64,000 bases of DNA, from assembly GCA_965217865.1 (NCBI GenBank), contig CBDCJO010000002.1, positions 2,016,001-2,080,000 on the forward strand, in the 5' to 3' direction. A program made the translations under genes and the position numbers. The number at the start of each line of letters is the position of its first letter. Within the stretch, counting starts at the first letter, position 1. Shown one piece after another: positions 32,187 to 40,941 of this stretch. Origin of the DNA: Candidatus Latescibacterota bacterium. Its GTDB lineage: Bacteria > Latescibacterota > UBA2968 > SICM01. Below the pieces are notes generated by a model. The model did not search any database. It was given only the letters and a program-made list of their open reading frames with translations, and was not told the origin of the DNA.

Positions 32187-33473
32187 TCATATGCGGACGT
32201 CTACGTACATCTTTTGACGCAAATCTTGAATGGTCTTCTCGTAGAGTTTAAGAAGCTTTTCCCGGTGAAGAAGGTTTTCAATCATCCCACGGTCATCGTC
32301 GATCTTGAAGATATGCCAGCCGAATTCGGATTTTACCGGACCTCCAACTTCCCCGAGTTTCATCCCAGGGATCAGTTCTGCAAAAGGGGCAGGGGGGGAT
32401 GCCCGATCGTAGAGGTTCAAAAATCCTCCGCCCTTGGCCGTCTCGTGATCCGAATGCGCACGTGCAAGTTCTGCAAAGTCCTCTCCCTCGGAAGTCCTGT
32501 CCTTCAACTCTTCCGCGAGTTCGTGTGCGGCCTCCTCGTCCTCCTCTGTAGCCTTGAGCAGGATGAGGATGTGTCGCGCCCGAACCTGGTCGCCGGTGTT
32601 CGACTCGCACTTTATGATGTGAACCCCGAACGGACTCTCCACGACCTCGCTGATCTCCCCCGGTTTCAAGGCGAACGCCGCCGTTTCGAACTCTGGCATC
32701 ATTTTCCCCTTACCGAAAGTACCGAGGTCCCCCCCATCTTGGGCGGAACCCGGGTCCTCGGAGAATTCCCTTGCAAGGACCGCGAAGTTTTCCCCTCCTT
32801 TCAACCGCTCCAGCAGTGATTCGATCTTCTTGAGGGCCTCCTCCCGCCTGGTCCCTCCGGCCTTAGGCCTGATCAGAATGTGGCTGATGCCGATTTGAGG
32901 GGGAAGGGAATCCCGGTAGGTTTTACGAAATGCCTCCACGTCACGATAGGTCACATTCACCTCGGAGCCCAACCTCCCTTGAACCTTCTGGGCAAGAAAT
33001 TGTTCTTTGAACTGCTTTCGATAGTGGTTTCGAAGTTCGCGCTCCGATGTGTTCTGTGCCTTCAGCGATTCTCGGAAATTCGGATCCGCATCTTTGATTT
33101 GCTGCATCTGGAATCGAACCGCCTCCTCCACCTGCTCACTGTCTACTTCGATCGTATCCTTCTTCGCCTTATAAATTAAAACCTTCGACCGAATCAGAAT
33201 TTCCAGGGCGATTGTCGCGAATTCATCGATATCTCTCTGTTTCAGTTTCGACGGATCGATGCCACGCTGTATGGCCTGGAAAGCCACCTCTTCCCGAACG
33301 TCGGATTCAAGAATGATCTCTTTATCCACAACGGCTACGATCCGGTCCACCGGTTGATACTCTGCTCGGGACACAGACACAACGACCGTGAGGACGACGA
33401 GTGTAAAAATGGCCCAAAAAGACCGGGTGACAGATCGATTCCATCCCTTATGAAAATCCACGAAAACCTCCAT
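32187..33473 (-). CDS. SurA-like peptidylprolyl isomerase with two parvulin domains
   Basis: VDRIVAVVD, HILI, SEDPGSAQDGGDLG, SPFGVHII, SEFGWHI; start uncertain. Confidence 0.88.
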   Translation of the reverse strand: MEVFVDFHKGWNRSVTRSFWAIFTLVVLTVVVSVSRAEYQPVDRIVAVVDKEIILESDVREEVAFQAIQRGIDPSKLKQRDIDEFATIALEILIRSKVLIYKAKKDTIEVDSEQVEEAVRFQMQQIKDADPNFRESLKAQNTSERELRNHYRKQFKEQFLAQKVQGRLGSEVNVTYRDVEAFRKTYRDSLPPQIGISHILIRPKAGGTRREEALKKIESLLERLKGGENFAVLAREFSEDPGSAQDGGDLGTFGKGKMMPEFETAAFALKPGEISEVVESPFGVHIIKCESNTGDQVRARHILILLKATEEDEEAAHELAEELKDRTSEGEDFAELARAHSDHETAKGGGFLNLYDRASPPAPFAELIPGMKLGEVGGPVKSEFGWHIFKIDDDRGMIENLLHREKLLKLYEKTIQDLRQKMYVDVRI

Positions 33474-33536
33474 GATAGTACCGAAATAATATAACAAATC
33501 GTTTGAAACCTGTCTATGGCGATTTCCCGTGCCTTT

Positions 33537-35474
33537 TCAGATCCGTCCGGTTAAGATGGCGAGAATGGAGCCCACGTTGTTGATTACCGCTTCACCAACG
33601 ACGATCCCCATGAAAAACGGGCGTATCCGGCCGTAGAGGGACGGCCCCCCGTACTTCAACACATTCCGCTTGACGGTCCACGCCATGAACACGCTGAACC
33701 ACCACTGCGGAATGGAGCTTATCGGATATCCGATCGGGTGGACAGGCCACCAGAAGAAGCGCTTCCTGGCAAAAAACAACAACCCCATGACCGCTGCCCC
33801 GATGCCGGACCAGAGAAGCCGGACCGGCTGTCCCTCTGAGGGGCCGGCGATCGCCGGCCCATAATAATTCAGGTGGAAATTCAACTCTGTAATCACGAAT
33901 GAAGTGCTGGAAAAACCGAACGCTCCCAGTTGGTAAACGAAATATAACATCGCCAACGCAGCCGTGCTCCCCCCCAGAAACATGCCGAGCGTCGATAACA
34001 AAAAAAATGCCCTGGGTTTGGGTTCCCGACCCGAAGTAAGCTTCAGCGCCGTCGAGGCGCTTGCCGGCACGTGCGGCCCGTCTCGAGTGGGGAAAGACCA
34101 GGGCTGGGAAAGGAAGAATCCCGCGGTTGTAGTGCCCCCAAGCGTCTGCGTGCCCACCGAGTGGAGTAACACCTGTACCGGACTCAGCGGAGCCTGCATG
34201 ACGACGCCGGACTCTGAGAGAATCCGGGTCATCCCTAAAAACATGGTCATTACCATCACCAGGAAGATCGGGATGACCCACCACGTGATGCCGAGCTCCA
34301 GAAGCCAGAAGGTGATGAACATGGTGCCGCCGATCATTCCGATAACGGCCGTACGATAGGAGAACATCTCGTCCTGGTCGTTCACGTCAGGGGCGGACCT
34401 GAAGGCTTTACGGTAGACATCCTTCAGGTGATGGCGTGCTTCGTAGATGCCGAAGCCGACGAGGACGATCACGGCCCCAACCCCTTCCTGGTGCAGATGG
34501 GTATATTCTGAATAGGGCCCACCTGGATTTCCCAGGATCGGGCTCGCGGAGGTTACGATAAAATAAGCCTGCACAAAGTATATAAGGACAAACAGGATGA
34601 TGCTGCCTAAGATCTCCAGGGAAACCAGGTAGCTGATCCCGAGGACGAGAAAGTTGGCCGATAAGGGCACGTGGATCGAGTTTCGATAAAATCGGGCGAC
34701 ATAGTACAGATTGAACGCGGGAATGAAGGGGACGAACCGATGGCCGATTTGGCACAACCCGATCGAGGCCGGGACAACGAACCCGGACCAAAATATCCCA
34801 TTCCTGAGAAGCTTCGGTTCTCCGGCATCTCCCTCCACGAGCGAGAAAGGGAGCTGTGCCATCGGATACGAAAGCCGTTCTTCCTCCATCCACCGTTTTC
34901 GAAGGATCACCATCAGGGACATCAGCGTAACGTAAAATGAGGCTAGAAACACCCCCCACGCGAACAAAGGTCCGATCCATGCCCTGAAAGGAATCCTTCC
35001 TTCGGACCCCAAGCCCTCAAAGAAGCCCTTCGCCGCTCCGTGATCCTTTATGACCAGACCGTCGGGAAGGAGGGGAACCACAACGCTTTCCCACCCATTC
35101 TCCGGAGTTGCATAGAAGACGAATCCGGCAAGGTGAGGAAGCAAGTTCGAAACCACGCCTTTGGTCGAGACCGCCGATGCCATCAGCAGCATGGAAAACA
35201 CCGCCATAAGCTCGCGGGGTCTCAATCCCTCCCGGACCAACCCGATCCGTTTGAGCATGTTACCCGCAAGGATCAACAGGAACAGAAGAAACAGGGCGCC
35301 GGTGCAGAACCCGTTCTGGGTCAAGCTCAAGATCCCGCCGATGGCCTGTTCGGAAACCGACAGAAACGCCAGTAATATACAGAGCGTGGAGCCGATTAAG
35401 CCCGCACGGACGGTGACGCCCGAAAGGCCTGCGTCGGACCCCTGCTTTGCTTTATGCTGTTCCGTGTCGCTCAC
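33537..35474 (-). CDS. DUF6785/DUF6784-type (OPT-like) multi-pass membrane protein, paralog 1
   Basis: WMEEERLSYPMAQLP, DQDEMFSYR, WWPVHPIGY, VLKYGG..LY..RPFFMG; 645 aa hydrophobic. Confidence 0.75.
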   Translation of the reverse strand: MSDTEQHKAKQGSDAGLSGVTVRAGLIGSTLCILLAFLSVSEQAIGGILSLTQNGFCTGALFLLFLLILAGNMLKRIGLVREGLRPRELMAVFSMLLMASAVSTKGVVSNLLPHLAGFVFYATPENGWESVVVPLLPDGLVIKDHGAAKGFFEGLGSEGRIPFRAWIGPLFAWGVFLASFYVTLMSLMVILRKRWMEEERLSYPMAQLPFSLVEGDAGEPKLLRNGIFWSGFVVPASIGLCQIGHRFVPFIPAFNLYYVARFYRNSIHVPLSANFLVLGISYLVSLEILGSIILFVLIYFVQAYFIVTSASPILGNPGGPYSEYTHLHQEGVGAVIVLVGFGIYEARHHLKDVYRKAFRSAPDVNDQDEMFSYRTAVIGMIGGTMFITFWLLELGITWWVIPIFLVMVMTMFLGMTRILSESGVVMQAPLSPVQVLLHSVGTQTLGGTTTAGFFLSQPWSFPTRDGPHVPASASTALKLTSGREPKPRAFFLLSTLGMFLGGSTAALAMLYFVYQLGAFGFSSTSFVITELNFHLNYYGPAIAGPSEGQPVRLLWSGIGAAVMGLLFFARKRFFWWPVHPIGYPISSIPQWWFSVFMAWTVKRNVLKYGGPSLYGRIRPFFMGIVVGEAVINNVGSILAILTGRI

Positions 35475-35532
35475 GAGGAAAACTCAACCGTTCCAGATAA
35501 TAGGATCGCGCACTGAGACAATCCTGTACGGT

Positions 35533-37680
35533 TCACAAATGCGAGGGCTTCCGGGCGGGGGACTCCTGGAAATCGTTCTCAGGTACGCCCACGCCCAGGC
35601 GGGCCCAGTCGATTTGCCGGAACATCAAAGGGAGAAAATCTCGCCCCGCCTTCAGCTTGTAGATGCGCACATCGTTGGCCGGCACGCCGCAGCGCAGGGC
35701 CCCGTCCTCGATCCCCGCCTCCGAGTGCCCCAGCCACCCCTCGAACGATTGGATTTCTTCTCCCCTGATAATCACCCTGCCTTCCCACGGAAGATCCGGC
35801 GAGTTGTTGCAAAGCGTCACGATAAGTTCATCCTCTCGATCCGTCACGTTGACCGCATAGGTGATCGGACGCCCCGATATCTCCACCAGGTTCAGGTCCG
35901 CGAAAAGTCCCGCAATGACGTGTGTAACCCCATTGAGAAACCTGTGGCGTTTCTCCTCCGCCCCCCAGCCTTGAACCGTAACCAGGAAGACGCTCCCCTT
36001 TCCGGCCCGATTTCGAATCACCAGCGGATCGCCTTCCGGAGTCTTGAGCAGGACCTCCCCCGTGGTTTCCCGGGCGCTCCGATATTGGAATGGTTCCTCT
36101 TGGAATGCCCTTTGATCCCACGATACGATCTCACCCGAAAAAGACCGCACTACCCCTTCGACTTCTGCCCCTGACAGGGATGCGGGAATGTCCGCCCACT
36201 GTTCCGTCCCGACCACGAGAATCCCGCCGCCTTCGACAAACTCCGTCAGGCGCCCCGCAAGGCCGTCTCGCGCCTCCACCTGAATCTCCCCAAGCAGGAC
36301 TGCCGCCCGATATTTCTCCAGACAGCCGGCCGACGCATTGGACAGAATCACCTCGAACAAGTCCCCGAACGGTGTATTCGTGATGTAGCCACGTTCGTCC
36401 CGGTAGTAGCTCGCAAGCTCATAATCCGGATAGACCCACCGGAAGAAGTTATCGATCTGATAGTCCAGACGTGAATACGGAATGTTTCCCCAGACATGGT
36501 CCTCGTCCCTTCGATAGTGATGTCGCGGTGGATTCCAACCGTGATCATAGTCCAGGATCAGGGCCACGGGCATGTAAGGCGTTCCCCTTACTGGGTGGTC
36601 CACCGCGAACTCCTGTCCCTCCACGTGGAGGCGCCCCATAGGCGTCAGGTTGGCCTCCAGCAGCCCCCAACCCGGTTGGTTCAGGCCCCCGACCATGATG
36701 AAAGGCTCATAGTCCCCGCTCGTCTTTCCATCGTACCGGGTCTGATTGAAGATTCCGGCCGAGAAAAACAGAACCGAGGTCCCGTACATATATCCCAGGT
36801 ACCACTCCCGCTTGCTCAGCCCTTCGCTCGGACCATAGTCCGGTCCGCTGATGCCGTCCCCCGACGTCACGTTTCGTCCGTCTCTCGAGTACCATTTCTG
36901 TCCCCAACGGGACGAGGGAGAGATGCTGACCGCAGTGAGCAAATCGTACTGTTTGGAGGCCCCCCGGCAAAAGGACCAGAGCAGGGTGTCCGACGGCAAC
37001 GACTCCTCCGCCTCGATCCCCAGCATCCGGGCCCCGTGCTCGGCCGCGTAGTGACAACCGTAGCCCAGAGAACTGATCGAGACCGCGTGGTGATAGGTCA
37101 GCGAATAGAACACGTCCAGGACGCGGTCATATTCCTGGTGGGCCCGGGACCGAGATCGGTCCGGAGAGGGCTCCTGGCGCATCCCGCTCAGGTCCACGTA
37201 GGGACCCTCCCCCCAGCACCATCCGCTTGTGTATCCCCCGTCCAGCTCCGAGTCGCCCTTCATTCCGATGTACTTCTCCCCAAAAGTCTCCACGAGGAAC
37301 TCGTGGAGCATCCGCTTCTCATCCTCCGGAAGCCTGTAATCCACACCGATGTTCTGAATGTAGATCCCGGCGTCGGCCAGCTTCTTCAGATTCTCTCGCC
37401 AGCCCGGGTGGAGCCTGCCGTCGTTCGTCTTATAAAAATACCTGGAGTAGATCTGGATCGTAGAGGCCAGCTTATATTCGAGCAGGGCCTGCAGGCAGGC
37501 CTGGGAGTCCGGATGTTTCATAAAGATCGCGGTGCGGAAATCGCACTTGAACTCCTCCCGGGTCAATGGCTTGTGTTTACACGCTTTGTAGTGTTCGCCT
37601 TCCTCGGGAACCACCGGACGGTTATAAATTGGTCTGAGACTGAGGCCAGGTTCACTCTGAGGGACGTTGCCTTTTTTCAT
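35533..37680 (-). CDS. hypothetical glycoside-hydrolase-like protein, family X paralog 1
   Basis: About 715 aa; extensive identity with 48601..50724 (FCRGASKQYD, YMPVALxLDYDHGWN); ATGA overlap with the upstream gene. Confidence 0.6.
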   Translation of the reverse strand: MKKGNVPQSEPGLSLRPIYNRPVVPEEGEHYKACKHKPLTREEFKCDFRTAIFMKHPDSQACLQALLEYKLASTIQIYSRYFYKTNDGRLHPGWRENLKKLADAGIYIQNIGVDYRLPEDEKRMLHEFLVETFGEKYIGMKGDSELDGGYTSGWCWGEGPYVDLSGMRQEPSPDRSRSRAHQEYDRVLDVFYSLTYHHAVSISSLGYGCHYAAEHGARMLGIEAEESLPSDTLLWSFCRGASKQYDLLTAVSISPSSRWGQKWYSRDGRNVTSGDGISGPDYGPSEGLSKREWYLGYMYGTSVLFFSAGIFNQTRYDGKTSGDYEPFIMVGGLNQPGWGLLEANLTPMGRLHVEGQEFAVDHPVRGTPYMPVALILDYDHGWNPPRHHYRRDEDHVWGNIPYSRLDYQIDNFFRWVYPDYELASYYRDERGYITNTPFGDLFEVILSNASAGCLEKYRAAVLLGEIQVEARDGLAGRLTEFVEGGGILVVGTEQWADIPASLSGAEVEGVVRSFSGEIVSWDQRAFQEEPFQYRSARETTGEVLLKTPEGDPLVIRNRAGKGSVFLVTVQGWGAEEKRHRFLNGVTHVIAGLFADLNLVEISGRPITYAVNVTDREDELIVTLCNNSPDLPWEGRVIIRGEEIQSFEGWLGHSEAGIEDGALRCGVPANDVRIYKLKAGRDFLPLMFRQIDWARLGVGVPENDFQESPARKPSHL

Positions 37681-38930
37681 CCGCTTTCTCCTCCCGGCTC
37701 GTAGAGCCACGACACCGGCAGTGCCACCAGTTTGGAATACACATCCCGAGCCCCCATAATACTGATGTTTTCCTTCCAACCGGACTCCGGATGCAACGCG
37801 TGAACGTTGTAGGAGAACAGAATCAGATCATCTACGAATTCGATGTTCGGGTAATCAAAACACCCGAAGTCCTTCGGGATCTCGCCCACATCCTCCCGGG
37901 AATGATAGTGGCCGATCGGAGGGGGTTCAATCTTTTCGACATCCGGCAGGGCCGTGACCTCCAGCGTCTTGTGTTTTGTCCACGTCCTTCCTTTGTCCTC
38001 TGAGATGGCCACGGACAACCGGGACCGTTTCAGCCCGCGTTGGATCTCCTCGGCGCTGACCTGGTTCCAGACCACCACAAGATCACCCGTGGAGGGAATG
38101 CGTGCTACGTAACACGGTGAGCCTGAGGCGGCCAGATCGGTGGGTTGCGGTATGGACCATTGCACGCCCCCGTCTTCCGAAAGACACGAGTAATGCCTGC
38201 CGGTCACCGTTCTGCAAAGCATCAGGAGGCGGTCATCGTCCGTCTCCACGATCACACCTTCCCCCATCGGAGAGTGGTCGCTGCAACTTTCCCCCGGCGG
38301 AATCGGCCAGACCCAGAGGTTGTTAGGGCTCGATCGCCACGACTGTCCCAGGTCATCCGAGTAGTAGACAATCGTTCCGTAAAACTCGGGAGTATGGTCG
38401 TGCCCTTCGACGAGCATCCTGCGGCCTTGAAACCATCCGTATCCCCCCCGAAATGAGTGCCCCTCCCCTTCACCCCGGTACTCCGGGTGTGCATAGTCCG
38501 CCACGTCCCAGTCAACCGGTAGAATCAGCCGCCCGCTGCGCAGTTGAAACAAGCTGTTCCTCACCCCCTGTAAGACATCGCCCGGAGCGCCCACCCGGAT
38601 GCCCGTTGACCATGTCAAACCCCCGTCATCTGATGTGACGAAAAACATATCAGGCCACAAGCGATGGGGAAATCGTTCCCTGAGCGCTTCGTCATACCTC
38701 CGGCATATGCCGGCCAGGTTCCCCGATGATAGGAGCTTCACGGATTGAAACTTTCCCTCCAGTGGCGATCCGTCCTTTCGGCAAGGCTGCACCGGCTCGC
38801 TCCACGTCCGCCCGCCGTCTTCGCTGTGCGATACGTGGCCGCCATCTGTGCCGAACAGACGGGAGTCATCCAGCCGAACCACAAAACGGTGGGGGACATC
38901 GCGCACCTCAAAAACCTTCGGAACATCCAT
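37677..38930 (-). CDS. BNR/Asp-box (sialidase-like) beta-propeller protein
   Basis: SEDGGRTW, SDDGGLTW, SDDLGQSW, SEDGGVQW, SEDKGRTW; C-terminal FDYP. Confidence 0.85.
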   Translation of the reverse strand: MDVPKVFEVRDVPHRFVVRLDDSRLFGTDGGHVSHSEDGGRTWSEPVQPCRKDGSPLEGKFQSVKLLSSGNLAGICRRYDEALRERFPHRLWPDMFFVTSDDGGLTWSTGIRVGAPGDVLQGVRNSLFQLRSGRLILPVDWDVADYAHPEYRGEGEGHSFRGGYGWFQGRRMLVEGHDHTPEFYGTIVYYSDDLGQSWRSSPNNLWVWPIPPGESCSDHSPMGEGVIVETDDDRLLMLCRTVTGRHYSCLSEDGGVQWSIPQPTDLAASGSPCYVARIPSTGDLVVVWNQVSAEEIQRGLKRSRLSVAISEDKGRTWTKHKTLEVTALPDVEKIEPPPIGHYHSREDVGEIPKDFGCFDYPNIEFVDDLILFSYNVHALHPESGWKENISIMGARDVYSKLVALPVSWLYEPGGESG

Positions 38931-39000
38931 AGAATAGAGCCTCCTTAGAGCCTTACAATCCAACTTCTACGCCAAATGCTTACTTATTTTTTTGTTGAGA

Positions 39001-39590
39001 GTAAACCACCCCGCCCAAAGGGCGGGGCATTAACCACTCCCATCCCCAAACAGATCCAACTGTAGGGGCCCTTTCTGCTCTTGACGATGATACCGAATAT
39101 ATTGCTCAATCACTTCAGAAGTCACCTTGTCGCCTACGGTGCGGGCAAAATAACCATCTTCCCAGAATTCTCCACCCCATAACTCCCGTTTCACCTCTGG
39201 ATGTTCTCGGAAGACCCCGCTGCCCGAAATACTCTTCAAAATGCCCACTACCTTAGAAATCGAATACCGGGGAGGAAACGACAAGAAAATATGCACATGA
39301 TCTTCGGCCACTTCCATCTCTTGGATGTCAAAACCAAAATCCTCTGCTATCCGATGAAACAGCTTGCCCACATACTCTCGAAGGTCACCTCGCAAAATCC
39401 ATTTCCGATACTTCGGTGCCCATACCAGAGGATACTGGCTATCATAGACTGCGTGACTGGTCCGTCGGAGTCCCATCGTATGCCTCCTGAGTCGATATGA
39501 GTCTCAGTGGTCTGCACACGATAAGACAGCCTTTTAGCTTGCCTTCGGCAAGCTAAACTTTTCCTCCCCTTCCAAAGGAAGGGGTATCCA
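39001..39590 (-). mobile_element. IS200-like insertion sequence (tnpA only)
   Basis: tnpA flanked by related hairpins CCCCGCCC-AAA-GGGCGGGG (39009-39027) and CCCCTTCC-AAA-GGAAGGGG (about 39567-39584), plus TTTAGCTTGCC-TTC-GGCAAGCTAAA; ends approximate. Confidence 0.8.
39030..39476 (-). CDS. tnpA: IS200/IS605 family Y1 HUH transposase
   Basis: LVWAPKYR, DHVHIF (HUH), LWGGEFWEDGYF, YIRYH. Confidence 0.93.
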   Translation of the reverse strand: MGLRRTSHAVYDSQYPLVWAPKYRKWILRGDLREYVGKLFHRIAEDFGFDIQEMEVAEDHVHIFLSFPPRYSISKVVGILKSISGSGVFREHPEVKRELWGGEFWEDGYFARTVGDKVTSEVIEQYIRYHRQEQKGPLQLDLFGDGSG

Positions 39591-39651
39591 AGTCCAAATA
39601 CTTTCATGAAGGCAGCCAAACCCGCGAAGGGGAATTTGACACTTTCAACCG

Positions 39652-39712
39652 ACCTTCTCCTCTCCCGGCACCCGGGAGAGGGGTGCCGAGCTTGCGAGGC
39701 GGGGTGAGGGGG
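39652..39712. repeat. REP-like palindromic element, second family
   Basis: CCTCTCCCGG...CCGGGAGAGG hairpin followed by GCGGGGTGAGGG. Confidence 0.55.
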
Positions 39713-39778
39713 CACGACGGAATGCGAAAATATCATATCACATTCCGAAAAACTTCTACACAAAATGGCAACTCAAAA

Positions 39779-39855
39779 TGTCATGCTGAGCCGAAGGCGA
39801 AGCTTTGTCCTGAGCGGAGTGGCCGGTCTTTGGCCACGGAGTCGAAGGGGATCTC
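39779..39855. repeat. REP-like palindromic repeat, copy 3
   Basis: TGTCATGCTGAGCCGAAGGCGAAGCTTTGTCCTGAGCGGAGTGGCC...GGAGTCGAAGGGGATCTC. Confidence 0.75.
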
Positions 39856-39893
39856 GGTTTTTTTGGTTGCGGCTGAACGAAGCGACCGGACGC

Positions 39894-40718
39894 CTAACCG
39901 TTCTGTTTGACGGATGTGACCCATTCTGTGCTGATCGGCGGTTCGCCGCTTTCGACGAAGCGTTCGATGGTGTTCTTTCTCGCCGGAAGTGTCAGGAAAT
40001 CGGCCATCCACGGCTCGCGGAAATAGGCCTGCTTCTCCCGAGGCAGCCCGGCCAGCACCTCCGGAGGAACCTGGAGCCGATGCCAGTGCGTGGCAAGGTG
40101 CGCGTAGGCATGGAGCACCGCGATGCGAGGTGTATCCCGTTTCCATTCCGGACCTGCGTGACAGACATTCTCCGTGAAGAAGAGCGCGCTCCCCGCCGGA
40201 CACTCATAGTTCACGAAGAAATCGCTTCTCTTCCTCTCATCCCACGACGTATGATCCGGATGCATGGGGAAATTTACCTTATGGCTGCCTGCGATGAAAC
40301 ACGTGCCCCCATCCCCTTTGCCCACATCGGTAAGTTCAAAGATGACCCGCACCATGCCGGCGTAAATCTGCCCGTTCTGCACCCGGTAGCCGAAGATGGG
40401 ATTCGTCTGCTGGGGGCCTCCGCCGTGAAAGACGCCGGCCGACTCCCCCTTCGTGCGCCAGATGCACCCGCAACTCTCAAGTCGAATTTGCCCTCCGATA
40501 ATCTCTTGGAGCACATCGATGACCTTCGGATGGTCGATCAGGATGCTGGCGGGCCCTCCCGGCACCGCGCGATGCCCCGGGGGAAGGGATTCGGGGTTAT
40601 GCTTGATGCGATCGATCTGGTCGACAACCTCGGCGATCTCATCAGAAGTCAGAATCGCGGGCCGCACAAAAAATCCGGCCAGGTCAAAACGGAAACGCTC
40701 CTCATCGGTCATAGCCAT
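39894..40718 (-). CDS. phytanoyl-CoA dioxygenase (PhyH) family Fe(II)/2OG enzyme
   Basis: MTDEERFRFDLAGFFV, LTDV..GDGGTCFIAGSHK, AGSALFFTENVCH, PRIAV. Confidence 0.85.
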   Translation of the reverse strand: MAMTDEERFRFDLAGFFVRPAILTSDEIAEVVDQIDRIKHNPESLPPGHRAVPGGPASILIDHPKVIDVLQEIIGGQIRLESCGCIWRTKGESAGVFHGGGPQQTNPIFGYRVQNGQIYAGMVRVIFELTDVGKGDGGTCFIAGSHKVNFPMHPDHTSWDERKRSDFFVNYECPAGSALFFTENVCHAGPEWKRDTPRIAVLHAYAHLATHWHRLQVPPEVLAGLPREKQAYFREPWMADFLTLPARKNTIERFVESGEPPISTEWVTSVKQNG

Positions 40719-40794
40719 GGCTTTACAGCTCCTCTCCTTCAATGGCGTCGGCGTATGGCGTCCTTCGCCTTTAGCCTCCTCGACAGGGACGCCT

Positions 40795-40941
40795 CTGTCT
40801 CCTGTATTCTGTATTCTATATTCCGGTGGGATGGGCGGAGGAGACTTCCCCTGACCTCCGACCTTTAACCTGACTACCGGTTTTGACTTTCCTGGCCCCT
40901 GACCTCTGACCTCCGACGCCTGCCTTTCGCATTTTCCATTT
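40795..40941. repeat. modular heptamer repeat tract
   Basis: CTGTATT x3, CTGACCT units, CATTTTC; shares a block with 11064-11113. Confidence 0.7.
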
